Of a DNA stretch of 64,000 nt, positions 27,124 through 39,667 are shown piece after piece. The first letter of the stretch is position 1. Each line of letters opens with the position of its first letter. The notes beneath the pieces were generated by a model that made no database searches, was not told the origin of the DNA, and saw nothing but the letters and a program-made list of their open reading frames with translations. Origin of the DNA: Paragordius varius (lineage: Eukaryota; Animalia; Nematomorpha); NCBI GenBank assembly GCA_964247055.1, contig OZ176057.1, forward strand, positions 2,294,001 to 2,358,000. Direction: 5' to 3'. The translations under genes and the position numbers were made by a program.

Positions 27124-29294
27124 ATTTACAGTTCAAATTCACCCTTAAACAATTCAAATTCACCCTCGATCAATTCAAATTCACCCTCACATAAAATATA
27201 TGTTTTTGGAGATTAAAAATTAGCTATATTTTTAAAAATTAAAATTTTGTTTTGAATTAAAATAATGCTGAAAAAATAATAAACTATGCTATAAAGATAT
27301 ATTTTATATTAATAGTCCGAAAACACATAATTTATTTTTAGGGTAAATTTGAATTGTTCAAGGGTGAATTTGAATTGTTCGAGGGTGAATTTAAACTGTA
27401 AATGATATATATTAATTTTGACTGTATGATATTTAGTAATGCGTAACATGGGCAATTTACGTTTAATTTTGAATACACCAGTGTTTGCTCAAATGGCCCC
27501 CGAAAATCCAAATTCAAAATCTATCCGATTTTTGGCTCATAGTAATATAAATTTTTTATTAAATTTACTTAGTATTCCACAATGAAAATTCTGACATATT
27601 ATGAAAATATAAGAGATAAAATTTTATTCAAAAAATACTCTTTTTTATACTTTTTTATTATCTTTGATTAATAAACTAATTAATTTCAATTTTGAAATAT
27701 GTTCATCCCTTTCCCTATTTTGAAATCAAACGATGAATTATATCCAAAAAAATCCAAATTTGATGTTGTCTAGTTTTTACTGTAATTAATTTAGATTTTT
27801 AATGTATAATATTTTTTCATAGCCGAAATTACACCTAATGCCAACATTGATAAGTCAGAAACTCAGACAAATAGTAAACCCAATAAATTGGGCGTCTTCT
27901 TATTAAAGGTAAAAAATTAATTTGTTGTTTTTTTTGCAATTTTTTGAGATACAGATAAAAATAATATTATATGACAATTTGGCTTAAATTTTTATTTCTT
28001 GAACATACTTTAAGGGCATATATTTTTAATTAGTGTTAGATATATTTGTTAATTTATATTATAAATTGAGACGCTTGAATTTAAACATACATACCATTGT
28101 AAATTTGGAATATACGAAAATAATTTGTCTTACATATCATGTTTTATCACATAACTAATTATGAAAGTTTTTCATTTATTTTAATATTTTGTTGTTATTA
28201 TTATAAAACCCTAATGAGAAATTTAAACATTTTTTTAAAATATTTCTAGGATACTAATTTTATATCCCAACTATAATTATAAAATAAATTAAGAATAAAG
28301 AAATTTGAATAATTTTATCATAATTTTTTAAATAAAAAGAAAGCAAGATCATTCGCATATAATCCGTATATATTTTTTCTGTACCTATCTTAATTTTTAA
28401 CCCAATATAAAATATATGTTATGTTGCGTTACATAAACAGGGAACTAATATTACTGATATAGCAAATATGACTGAAGCCCTAAAACATCGTATAAAAAAG
28501 CAACAATCGGAAAACCACTATATTAAAATTAATGATGAAACGCAATTGACACAAAATACGGAAATTAAACATAAAGGGCAAAATATGTCCGAAAATATAA
28601 AAAATGAAATACTTAAGCAAAAAACTCCGACTAATGTTGAACCTCTTGATAACAAACTTAAAACACCGTCTAAGAATGAAAAAACGGATAATATTTGTTT
28701 AACATTAAGCAATGAAAAATCTATCCCGACTATTAAGATTGAAACCACGGAGGTAAATGATAAATTGATGACACCACAATCAAACGTTAGTTTGGAAAAA
28801 TCAACTGTTTCTGATGATAACCGAAATATTTCACCTTCTAAAGTAATGCTTTTTTGCAAAAAATTTTGTTAATTTATAAATTTGGTCAATAAAATTTTGT
28901 TGTCGTCAAATTTTTTGATTAATTTTCGTCATCTAAGGAATATTTAGTAAATTATGAGAAATAAAATTTTAAAAAAGCAGAAACCGGTTAAAGATAAAAT
29001 TAATATCAATGATACACCTATAATTTCTCATATTAAAACATTTTTTACGGATAACTAATTATTCTGGAACACAAAAAATTAAATAATCTTGTATAAATTT
29101 TAAATTTTTCAGTTAACATTCAAATTCATCCGTCGTATAGTAAGTCGATTTACTAATGAAACAACAAAATTTTGTAATAGGAAAACCCTTATTTAATGAA
29201 GTTTTTAGTTATATAATCTTTTCATGGAAAAACTTTATTCACATATTTTTTGTTTTAGGGTACAAAACGGAAATGTGAAGAACCAGAAAGTTAA
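22477..29294 (+). CDS. RANBP3: Ran-binding protein 3-like (FxFG motif + RanBD1 domain), 10 exons, 473 aa
   Basis: Exons 22477-22663, 22697-22730, 22761-22857, 22889-22964, 24155-24396, 25390-25546, 27437-27541, 27823-27908, 28441-28842 and 29259-29294 are phase-consistent (1422 nt). Motifs: FVFGKNLIDRV, LNESAQKY, LTGEENES, KLYEFD...WNERGTGNLKLN, RLIMRNMGNLRLILNT, KSIRF, GVFLL, ALKHRI. The first two exons and the last exon are less certain than the RanBD exons. Confidence 0.92.
27064..27121. repeat. (TA)29 microsatellite directly abutting a family A MITE
   Basis: Directly visible; followed immediately by ccatttacagttcaaattcacc. Confidence 0.95.
27121..27406. mobile_element. MITE family A in RANBP3 intron 6
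   Basis: Left accatttacagttcaaattcacccttaaacaattcaaattcaccctcg; right gggtgaatttgaattgttcgagggtgaatttaaactgtaaatgat. Confidence 0.85.
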
Positions 29295-29413
29295 AGCGCC
29301 AATCGTTGGTTTTTTTGCCACCCAACATATTTTTTGTCATTTTTTTGGGATTTAACATTAATTTTACTTATATATTTCTTTAATGTACATAATATTTTTG
29401 TGCTTGATTATAA

Positions 29414-29444
<31 letters not shown>

Positions 29445-29869
29445 TTCTATTTATTTCTAATATTTAAAATAAAATTTTAAAGTTAATTAAAAAATCAAAA
29501 GTTTTCATTTTTATATTTTTGCTAAGGTTTGACACATATTCTTCAAAGCTTCTTGGTAAAAATTTACATTTATTGTTTCTCTAGTTTTTACGTGCCTAAT
29601 ATCATAAATATAGCCTTAAAAGGCTTCAGTTAAATTACTTATAATCAGCAGTTTGGTCCATTTTACCTTTCAGTATTTATATGTTACAAAGCTAAAAATG
29701 TTATCTTTATACAAGGAAATTAACCGTGATTTCGCAATAAATTTGTTTAATACCAAAAATTTACTTACCCTATTTTGTTTATCTGACATTAAACAACACA
29801 CAATAAGATGAGTTGGCCAAAACTAGCATTGTGTTTTATCATTCAGTAATCATGTCAAAATTTGTTACT

Positions 29870-31030
29870 GAAAAAGAATATTCGCGGCACGCATTGCCAT
29901 CTAAAAACCAGACTGTTGAGATTTATTAGCAAACACATGAACATACTTTATTGATTAACACATGTGAGGCATTCAAAATTAAAAGTTTTAATTTTTTAAA
30001 AGAAAATGGGCTCTATAATATACCTGACAACTACAAGGACTCTAAAGTGCAAGAATGATCTGATGATCCTAAAACTTAAGAAAAAATAAGTGTTGCGCAT
30101 CTCATGTATTAATAAAAGCAATCAATAGAAACCTACAAACAATTAGTAACACAAAAGCTAGTTAAATAAGTCTCCAGCAATATTTGGTGATTTGAACGAA
30201 AATTGGCTCGAATTTTGCTTCCACGCCACGAAAAGATATTTTTAATTTAGGATTATAACAAATAGATTTCTAAAATTAAAGCAGAATTGGCTTTCACGCC
30301 AAGCGGGTCTATGAGCACCAGTGTAAAATCGATTCAGGAAAAACGTGATCTGTGCCAAAGTGATTTTGTGTTTTCTTTTCTTTTAAACGGTGAAACCGCA
30401 ATTCACAACGTTATCGCAGAAGGCATGGCAAAGTGATTAACTACATGACAATGTTCCGTCCACAGTAAAACAATAAATCACACCTTAAGATCGCTTCGAT
30501 AGGAAATTTAACATCCGCTGAACTCTCGTGACCTGATTCAAGCTGATAGTGCGATTTCACATGATTGAGACTCTGAGCGGCACTACGATAATTTTGACGA
30601 CGTTGGAAAATAGCTTAACAAATGGTTTTCCGCTAATCTGGCACGGCACACATATATTACCTGAGAGATATAGGCAAAATGTGTAGAAGCTGATGTACAT
30701 CCAAAACTAGATGTTTTTTTCCCGAAAATCCGGTGAAAACTTATGATGACTTTGTCTTCATCACTGACGTTATTATGAAAAATAACCAGTTAGAAATCAT
30801 GCCTACTCATTATACTGCATCTATTATATTTTCATAAACCCATCTCTTAATTTAAAAAGCTATGTAAACAAGGGATCAATTAAATTGCATAATTTAGTTT
30901 TCACATAGTGTTTTTGAGAAAGGGCAGGTAGGGATTTGCTTAGACATATCATGGCGTGTTTTTATATTACCATAGTGTTTTTCGTAATCTAAAATGGTCA
31001 GCTATTTGCAAAAAGCACAATAAAATTATT
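29870..31030 (+). mobile_element. Heavily decayed Tc1/mariner-superfamily transposase (Tc3/rosa-like)
   Basis: Locally higher GC. Remnants include LLNG followed by N-R-N-S-Q-R-Y (like FHLNG.VN..N.RYW) near 30380 and *FK.DSAISH (like WFQQDGAT.H) near 30535-30565. Many frameshifts. Confidence 0.5.
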
Positions 31031-32104
31031 TTTTGATAAAAAATTTTAATGGACAACTGAGGGACAATTATAGTATGGATTTATGACCCCATTATAAACA
31101 AAAATTATTTTAAAAATTTAATAAATGCAATAGTTTACATATTAATTTGTATACGTCATATTTTATTGGTTATAATTATCCCTGACTTTTATTTTAATAT
31201 ATATGGGAGCAGAGAAATTTGTCAAATTCGATCGAAAGAATCAGTAAATCTTAAAAAACTGTAAAAAATAAAATACGGACAATATTTTCCAATGACAACC
31301 ATACTTGTTCAGTCTCGATTTTTGAACTTAAGCCGATGTTTAAAATTGCAAAATTTTTAAAACTAGACGTATATTGGTTACACACATTATATATAATTTA
31401 TGAAAAATTTATCAATAAAAAAGTATGGTTGTCTTATGAAAAAAATTTTTGTCTTTATACCTAATTTCAGTTTTACTAGTTTTTATACTTTTTGAATAGT
31501 CCCTCAACTAATTAAATAAATAATAAAATTAAAAAAATAATCAATTTGGAAGACTTCATAAAAAATAATACAACATATGGCAATAATTATAAATTTTGAC
31601 ACTCAAAAACTGATTACCATATTGTCATACTTACTAATTTTTATAATTATATCCATTGCCAAAATGTATATACTGAAGTGCCTTCTTTAAATTTGGCCGA
31701 ACTTAAACAAGTATAAAAATAATTTATGGTATTATAGTTTTTAATTCTAAAATTTTGGAATAACCGCTCCTTTAAATGTTAAATTTGTTGTTAAAAACCC
31801 AAAGTATTTTAACCCAAACTTAATTTAACAATACAACTTCCAGATTGCTTAATGCATATTATTATAAAGTATTAATATGGGACCAGTGTTATAAAATGAA
31901 AAATATTTTCACCCTAAGAATTACTGAAAAATATAAAGAAGATTTATAAATATAGAATCGTGATATATTTGGGACTTTTCATGGGCCAACAGTTAAGAGG
32001 CATAATTATATTCTTTTTACGTCGTCGAATCTCAATTCATTATATCAAAAAGTCAGTAACACGCAAAAAAAGATTCTCCTATCCAAGCAAAAATCAGTCT
32101 AAAG

Positions 32105-34556
32105 CAGTGATAATCAAACCGCGGCCCGCGGGCCGCATGCGGCCCGCAGTGTGCTTTAAAAATGCACTATGACTAATATTTAATTTTTTTTAAATAATAT
32201 TTATTTTTTACCCAATTTGAAATGTAGAAAATTTTCTACATTAAAATGATTTTAAAATTTATGATTTATAGGCACACGTTGTTTCTTCTTCTTTTCTTTT
32301 TGAAATTTTTATTGCATTTCTTTTTTGTTTTCACCCATTGCACATACATTTCATTGCTATCCTGCATCATTTTTAAAACTCATTCTCATAAAATATTTTC
32401 AACTCAATATCATTAAATTTCGACCTGTTTTTTATAGCATAATTCAATTTATATTCCTATCTTTTTTACATAATATTTAAACATAAATTCAAAGGATGAC
32501 ATCTAATGCCAAAAAACGTAAATTATCCGATGAAAATCGCTCTTTTAAAAAAGAATGGGAAACTAATTTTTTTATCGTTTTAAATAACAATGTTGCTACC
32601 TGCCTTATATGCAAAGACAATATATTTATAAAAAAATTCAATATTGAAAGACATTTTAAAATCCATCATTCTCATAAATTACCAGAAAATCTTGAGGAAA
32701 GAAATGAAAAATATAAAAAATTAAAGGAATTATACGAGAAAGAAAAATCTATTATGGCCATAGCTTTTTCCCAGGAAAAAGCTGTAACATTAGCTTCGTA
32801 TGAAATATGCTATATTTTAGGAAAAAATATGAAACCGTTTACTGATTCCCAACTAATAAAAGAATGTTTAATAAATGGTTGCACTTTTTTATTTGATAAA
32901 TTCCATAATAAAGATCAAATCATGAGGCAAATTAAAAAACTTCAACTTTCTGATTCAACATGTGCTCGACGCATTGAAGATATGTCTAAATATATTTTTA
33001 ACAATACATTATTGGCTCTGAAAAATTGCAAATACTTCAGTATTGCAATCGATTCTAGCACTGATATAAGTTCAACACCTCAATGTGTGCTTTTCTTGAG
33101 ATTTTGCAACGACAACAAAATCAACGAGGAATATTTGAAATTTTTACCAATGAATAATACCACAAAAGGCAGTGATTTTCTTGAAGTAATTAGCACCTTT
33201 TTCAATAATAATGGTATATCTATGAAAAAATTGGTTTCGATCTGCACAGATGGCTGTCCCTCTATGATTAAAATAAACAAAGGGTTTATTTCTCTTTTAA
33301 AAAACAAATATAATTTGCAAAATCTATTATCCTTTCACTGCTTTATTCATCAGCAAAACTTGGTTTCGCGTGTAAAAGATGAATCACTAAATTTAGTAAT
33401 TAAAACGGTTGTCGATATAGTTAACTACATCCGTGGCAGAGAATTCAATCACCGTAAATTCAAAAACCTTCTGAAAGATATCCACAGTGAGTTTGATGAT
33501 ATTCTTTTGTACACCGCTGTGAGATGGCTAAGCCTTAACAAAGTATTGAATAGATTTTTTGATTTAAGACATGAAATTCTATTATTTATAAAAGATAACA
33601 GAAAGTTTGACGAGGAAATTAATAGTGACAAATGATGGGTTTTATTAGCCTACCTTTGCGACATTACTTATTAACTTAGTACTTTTAATACAAGTCTTCA
33701 AGGGAGCAAAATAATAACCCAATTTGCTAATCATATATTTGCTTTTGAAGAAAAATTAATAATATATAAACAAGATTTTATAGATAAAACACTCCTACAT
33801 TTTCCAACACTCAAAACGATTTATTAAGAAAATATGGAATTTACCGCGGATATTAATTTAATAATAGACAATCATTTAACATTTTTATCTAATGAGATGA
33901 AATTCAGATTTCAAGAATTAAAAAATATAAAAAATTGCTTAAAGCTAGTGGAAAATCCATGGCATATGGATATATCCAACATTAAGCAACTTGAGCTTTT
34001 CGGTTTTGATCAGGCGGTTATCATTGAAGAATTCGTTGATTTTAAAAATGATTCCAATTTGGAAGCTATATTTAAGGAAAACCGTAGAGAAGAAAGATAT
34101 GTAGAGTTTTGGCAAGTTGTGCCAAATAAATATGAAAATATAAAAAAATGTGCTCAAGTTGTCTTAACTATTTTTCCATCAACTTACACATGTGGACGGC
34201 ATATTCAAAAATGAAGTATATTAAGAATACTTACAGAAATCGCTTAACTAATGATCACATGGACGACGTATTAAGAATGGCCTGTCATGAGGCGAAACCA
34301 AATTTGTCAAAAATTATTGGTTAATATTAAAATAAATGTTGTTATCAATATATTTTAATTTTTAAAACTAAATGGTACAAAACGAATTTTTAGCTGGATT
34401 TACATGCGACCCGCAAAAAATTTATTGTGCTGATTTAGAGTATAAATATGTGCGTTGTCAAATAGCTATGGAATATTAGCCATTATAAGGTTCATGGCCC
34501 TCGAAAAAAAAATATGTTTTATTTGGCCCGTCAAATTTTTTTGGTGAGTACCACTG
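32105..34556 (+). mobile_element. Full-length (2452 bp) Buster/SPIN/Charlie-type hAT DNA transposon
   Basis: Perfect 8-bp TSD gtctaaag at 32097-32104 and 34557-34564 (nnnTAnnn pattern). Imperfect TIRs cagtgataatca / tgagtaccactg. The 5' subterminal GC palindrome is cggcccgcgggccgcatgcggcccgc. Confidence 0.96.
32496..34324 (+). pseudogene. hAT transposase (GTF2IRD2/SPIN-like) with 3 premature stops and 1 frameshift
   Basis: BED-like CLIC...HFKIHH, IDSSTD, CTDGCPSM, HCFIHQQ, VRWLS and PSTYTC motifs are present. In-frame stops occur at 33633 (TGA), 33672 (TAA) and 33825 (TAA). A 1-nt loss near 34196 shifts the tail AYSKMKYIKNTYRNRLTNDHMDDVLRMA, which ends in TAA at 34322-34324. Confidence 0.93.
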
Positions 34557-35559
34557 GTCTAAAGCCTGTAGCTTCTTGTTTATCGTTGAGCACATCATGG
34601 ATGTGTAATTTTTGTCGCATTTATTACCAGAATACCTACATTGTTAAAAATAAAAAAATTTTCATATTAGCTGTAGTTTAAAATGATAAGCGTTATAGTT
34701 AAATCATTAATTATTAGTTTACACATAATTTAATATTCTTTTACTCAATATGAAAACTAAATTTTATAAAACATATAAAGTTGACGCAAAAATACTTAAT
34801 TATTGAGGACCACATTGAAGGCAAAATCCATATAATATACATTATTTTAATATGAAATACACATGCATTTTAGCATGGCTAAAAACACTTTGATAATTTA
34901 ACAAAAACATAAGACAAAACTATTTATAAAAACAGGTGTCCAACCCAAGGTCCTCTCAAATATTATAAAGGGCCAATGGAAAATTGGGAAATAAAAAATT
35001 TCATAATTTTCAAAATATGTATTTTTATTTAATGAAAGTGGTATTTCTTAAATAAATCATTTGAGTATCATTGGAAATTTTGTGTACGAACTACAGAAGC
35101 TTAGCTTAGATTTCTACGCCCTGCGTATGAATCCTTGATGGTGTTCACCTCTATACGACCCCTTGCATTCTAAAAAAATAAGTAAATTTAAACCGTTGTC
35201 ATGACCACTTATAAAAAGCTGTTTATAATAACTATTATTATTTACTTACGAACTGTCAAAAATTGGTAAAATAAATTATATTTTCATTGGGCTAATATTT
35301 TATTTTACAATCTTATGTTTGAAAATCGAATAAAATATAAATACCATTCATTATGTTTTTCAAAATGCGGTCCGTGAGGCCATTAAAGCACCACTGTATA
35401 AAGAAATAATTTAAACGGGGTCATAGTAAAGACAATTAAATTAATTTAAACTGGTTTAGGCCAGGTCCAATCTAGTCATATCCAGTCATGATGCCCTTTG
35501 TTATATTTAATGCAATATTAAAATATATATGATAAAATTGAAACATTTTACCATGTTTA

Positions 35560-35598
<39 letters not shown>

Positions 35599-35894
35599 AC
35601 CCTTTTAACTGTAAAAAGCTCATTGAAATTTTATCATGCTTAATTAAATATTTGTAATATACCAAATCAATCAGTACGTGATAATAAAACGGTTAAAAGA
35701 AAATCGGTCCTAAAAAGAGCCTATGCTGACCTAATTTCATAAGATTCGTTACAGATAAAGGGGGGTTTAAATTAAAAATCGAATTGAGGATTGCATAAGA
35801 TTTCAAAATAACCAAATATATTAAAAAAACTATATAAGCCAGGAGGTGTCCGTTGTAATATTATTATAAAATTCCTTTAACGACTTTTTATGCT

Positions 35895-37833
35895 ATGGAG
35901 TATTCACTACTATTAACATCCATCTATCTTTTTTTCGGTAGTCCTTGGGGGGTAAAACTCATTTTATGGTTATCATATGTATAGAATGGGTTTTTTCCTA
36001 TTTTAAAACTTCATAACCTTTTCTATTAGATTTTTTAAATTTAAGATGGCGGCCAAAAGGTTTGAGGTGAGGATTTTTTTGCAATTTCACATTTTTTTTA
36101 AAAAAAATTCCATTATCTACCTAAAAGGATAAAGAAAGCACATTTATATATTCGGCCTAATACCTTATCTACTTTTTAAATTCTCAAATTTCACATTGCT
36201 TTGATAAATAAAAGACCCAAAAAGTTATGAAGTAGTAAAAGGCACATTATAATTTAATTTTTTGTTTATAAAATTTTATTTTTGAAATTTTTTAACATTA
36301 TACATTATATTATTCATTTTCTATCAGGATACTATGTAGGGGAACCTTATATTGGGGATATTAGATATACGGAATATTATAAAGATAGACCATACCATGT
36401 ATAAATATTATAAAATAATTTTATGTTGTAGCTTAGTTAATATTAACTGACCAAATTTTTTATATTTTTTTAATCTATTCGATTTCCTTATTTTAGGTTA
36501 AAATAGTATTACCATCCAAAAATTGTCAAGGAAGCTATGTGTCACGAAAACACATTTTAACATTAAAGGAGTGCGTGGAAGGCGTCGAGTATGTTGAAAA
36601 AATATCATTTACAAAATTTAATATTTTTTCTGATAAATTGACATAAGAATCAATTTTTCATACTATATGATAGGATTAATATATTTACATTTGGAAAAAA
36701 CGAATTTTTATTTTACATATAATTCTTTAGTCCGAATGCCATATTAATCCAGGGGGGAAAACCTTTAAAAGAATTTAACATCCAAGTAGAACGGGTTATA
36801 AATGGGCCTGAAAACAATCCCTTATCATTGGTCTTACTTAAGGAGGAACAAAATGTGGTTCCAACGCTATCTGTGAATGTCCCACTACCATTATTAAATC
36901 TATCGCTAATAAATTTACCATCACTGCCTTTTTACATGCAACACTACAACAATCCGTGCCATGTTTTTAGATTTGGCGTATACCAAGGATTCCTCAATAA
37001 AGTGGCCTCTTGTATGTTACATTTCTATGATCATGTTAAGAAGATTATTCGCACATTTTAAAGATTAATGACTCTGATTTCATATTTCATTTAATGTAAA
37101 ACAAACTTTAAAAGCATTTTTGTTATACTCTTTTGGCATACATATATACATATATAATGTCTTTTTCAGTTTTCCACATAAGTGAGCAAACTATAGAACA
37201 AGACGCGGAACGCCATTATCACAACGTATATCCGAACGATATAGAAAGCAAAAACAGTTCTAATATTGTTTTAGTTGAGAATAAGAGAGTAGAGGATCAT
37301 GATTATGAATGCCAAGTATGACATATTTCATATATTTAGTGTCGCAATCTCATTTATGTGAGTATATATATAACTATAAAAATATTTAAATTTTATTATA
37401 TCACCTCAAAGATTTATAATTACATTATGTAACAGTAGATATAAAATAAAAACAAATGTATGTAGAAAAAATAATACATAAGAATCCTATATCATTAATT
37501 CCTGTATATCTTTTATAAAACCATATGATTACACTTGAGATAGTATGTTTTAAATTTACATCTCTACTCATTATTTTGCGACCTAATAATTTATTAGGGA
37601 ATATAAAAATTAGGTTTGTCTTTTATTGTTTTTGTGTTATTTTTATGATTATTATTTAGAATGACTTAGGAATGCCTTTGATTTGTTATCATTATGGTGA
37701 TATTCTATTAGCCGTACGAAAAGATACGGTATGTCAACGAGACAAGCAAGTGTATTATTCGGTTCACCATTATAGCGATTTCATCAAGGTGGAATTGGGG
37801 AGAAAAGATATACCGAAATTAAAGATAGTTTAA
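35895..37833 (+). CDS. Probably secreted trypsin-fold (S1A) serine protease homolog, catalytically dead, 6 exons, 268 aa
   Basis: Exons 35895-35937 (signal-like MEYSLLLTSIYLFFG, tentative), 36328-36398, 36497-36588, 36731-37011, 37170-37315 and 37660-37833 are phase-consistent (807 nt). Motif matches: PYHVKI=PWQVSL, CQGSYVSRKHILTLKEC=CGGSLI..WVLTAAHC, NPLSLVLL=NDIALLKL, CHVFRFG=C.VSGWG, ECQ|NDLGMPLIC=CQ|GDSGGPLVC (phase-0 intron at the classic position), VYYSVHHYSDFI=VYTRVS.Y.DWI. Confidence 0.8.
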
Positions 37834-39447
37834 AATTTTTGATGAAAATTAATTGTGATTTATGCAAATCTATTTATCATAATACTGTGATTCTAATGAT
37901 ATAGTATAGTGGGATTAAAACATAATAAAGTGTCGCATTTGGTTTAAAAAGTATTGTGTATTGGATACATTTTGAAGATTAAAGCATGGGGACTTTTAAT
38001 TTTAACGTTGAATCCTAAAACGGTTCTTACCCATCATATATAAAGTAATTAGCACTGAAATTAGCTAGGTTGCATATGATGCTATTTGTTGATATGATTT
38101 TGGGTATTTATTGGTTGCTCTGAGGTGATATATTACCTAATAATAGGAGTAGTACTGTTTTGGTAAAGTAATACACTCATTGTAAAAAATATTCGGTAAG
38201 GAAAATGATGACAAAAGGCGAGATTGCTATTTCATAAACTCCTCCATTCACGCACTGATACTAATGGCTGGAAATATGCAAAATTAATTTTTATATCCAA
38301 GAATTTGAGGCTTTCGGACCCAAATCTAAAATTTCAAATTGAATAAAAATATTGTTTTCTTTTTTATACGTAGTTTTTGGTATAATTTAGTGATATTTTT
38401 TGGATGAAAAAATTAGCCTTAATCAAAAAAAAATTATTAAAACAAAATGTGCCCAAATTTTGCCCTTTTCTGCTTTAGGGCAATTACCACAAAATTTTAA
38501 TAACTTTTAAAGGCCAATATATACCATGATAATCCTGATACATTTTACTACCAGAACATATATTTTATTCACCAAACTATATTTGGAATATGTATATATT
38601 ATTGGGTTATCTTTTTCTAGCCTCCGATATACACTGTGTATATCAGGTAGTAATTTTTTAAGACGTTATATAACCGCATCATGACTAGTTATATTAAATA
38701 TTCAAGATATATCATTTTAAAAATTAGGGTTGGGAAGAATAATTTTCTAAGGGGTATGTATTTACGAAACAAATTATTTCAACAAAACAGGTTGAAAACA
38801 AAAAAATAATATTGTTTGAAAACCATTATTACCGAAATCTCGATTTATATTTCTTGTGATGTCACAATAACCATTGTCATACCAATCTTTACTCATTTAA
38901 ATAATTTTATATTTTTACATCAAACAATCTATATTTTTATTTATATGTATAGGAGGTTGCAAGCGAATTTTAAAAAAATTATTTCCGCATAAGGTTTAAA
39001 AATAGATTTAGTTTGAAGCGAATACTCCGAGAGTTACTGAACCTTGTCTAGTCAATTTTGCCCTATTAATGGACCTTGACCAAGGGACTTATATTTAAAT
39101 AATGATTCAGATAATATATGAATATATAAATTAAAAAAATTCTATTTTCGAATTCGTTTTCAGGTTTCCAAACCCCATTTTAACCCGGAAAAAAAGAATC
39201 AACCAACAATACAACAAAATTCCATTTTTATAAGCGAATAAGCCTAAACATTTAGAAAATGTTTCACCCAAAAAATATTTGGATAACCTATGTTTAAGAA
39301 GGGGACGGAACTGATAGGTTAAAAAAATCTGTCACCATCAGTGCATTCTTAATTAAACAAATTCATTATAACATACCTAAAAATCAAACAGATATTAGTT
39401 TAAAGGCTATTTGCCCGGAAAATTTAGTTAAGATTTGGAATCCAGGA

Positions 39448-39667
39448 CAGAGCCTGGCTAGAGGGGGGAAGGAGGACTGACGCACCTGGTGCCATAGTTG
39501 AAGGGTCACCAGATTTCAAGAAATTTTAATTTTATTTCAAAAAATAGGTATTTAAAAGTTATCATTTGAAATAATACATAAGATTTTCATTTATGAGTGG
39601 TAATGAACACCGTTAGAATTTGATTATTTTTTAATATGGGGCGCCAAGAATGAAATATAAGCCTCTG
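39448..39667. mobile_element. hAT-type MITE (220 bp), also present in the duplicate at about 57970-58190
   Basis: Termini cagagcctggct / aagcctctg with degenerate 8-bp TSD atccagga / atttagga (copy 2: atccagta / attcagga). Confidence 0.55.

Noticed and set aside
27034-27216. ORFs with IYIYIY or NNSNSPL repeats (also 19023-19253 tail and 19376-19591)
   Set aside because: They are translations of (TA)n microsatellites and MITE family A arms, not proteins.
28518-28859. 113-aa minus-strand ORF
   Set aside because: It is the antisense shadow of RANBP3 exon 9. The same applies to 25392-25688, 33080-33307, 33449-33631, 33945-34157 and 51412-51600 opposite other real or TE coding sequence.
33633-33827. 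In-frame TGA/TAA in the transposase suggesting stop-codon reassignment
   Set aside because: The sibling copy has TGG at the TGA site, the element also has a frameshift, and host genes are open under the standard code and end in TAA or TAG.
37062-37321. Protease-like gene ending at the ORF-track stops (37061 or 37321) as a half domain
   Set aside because: GTATGT at 37012 and GTATGA at 37316 are good donors, and splicing restores a full-length domain including the NDLGMPLIC exon.
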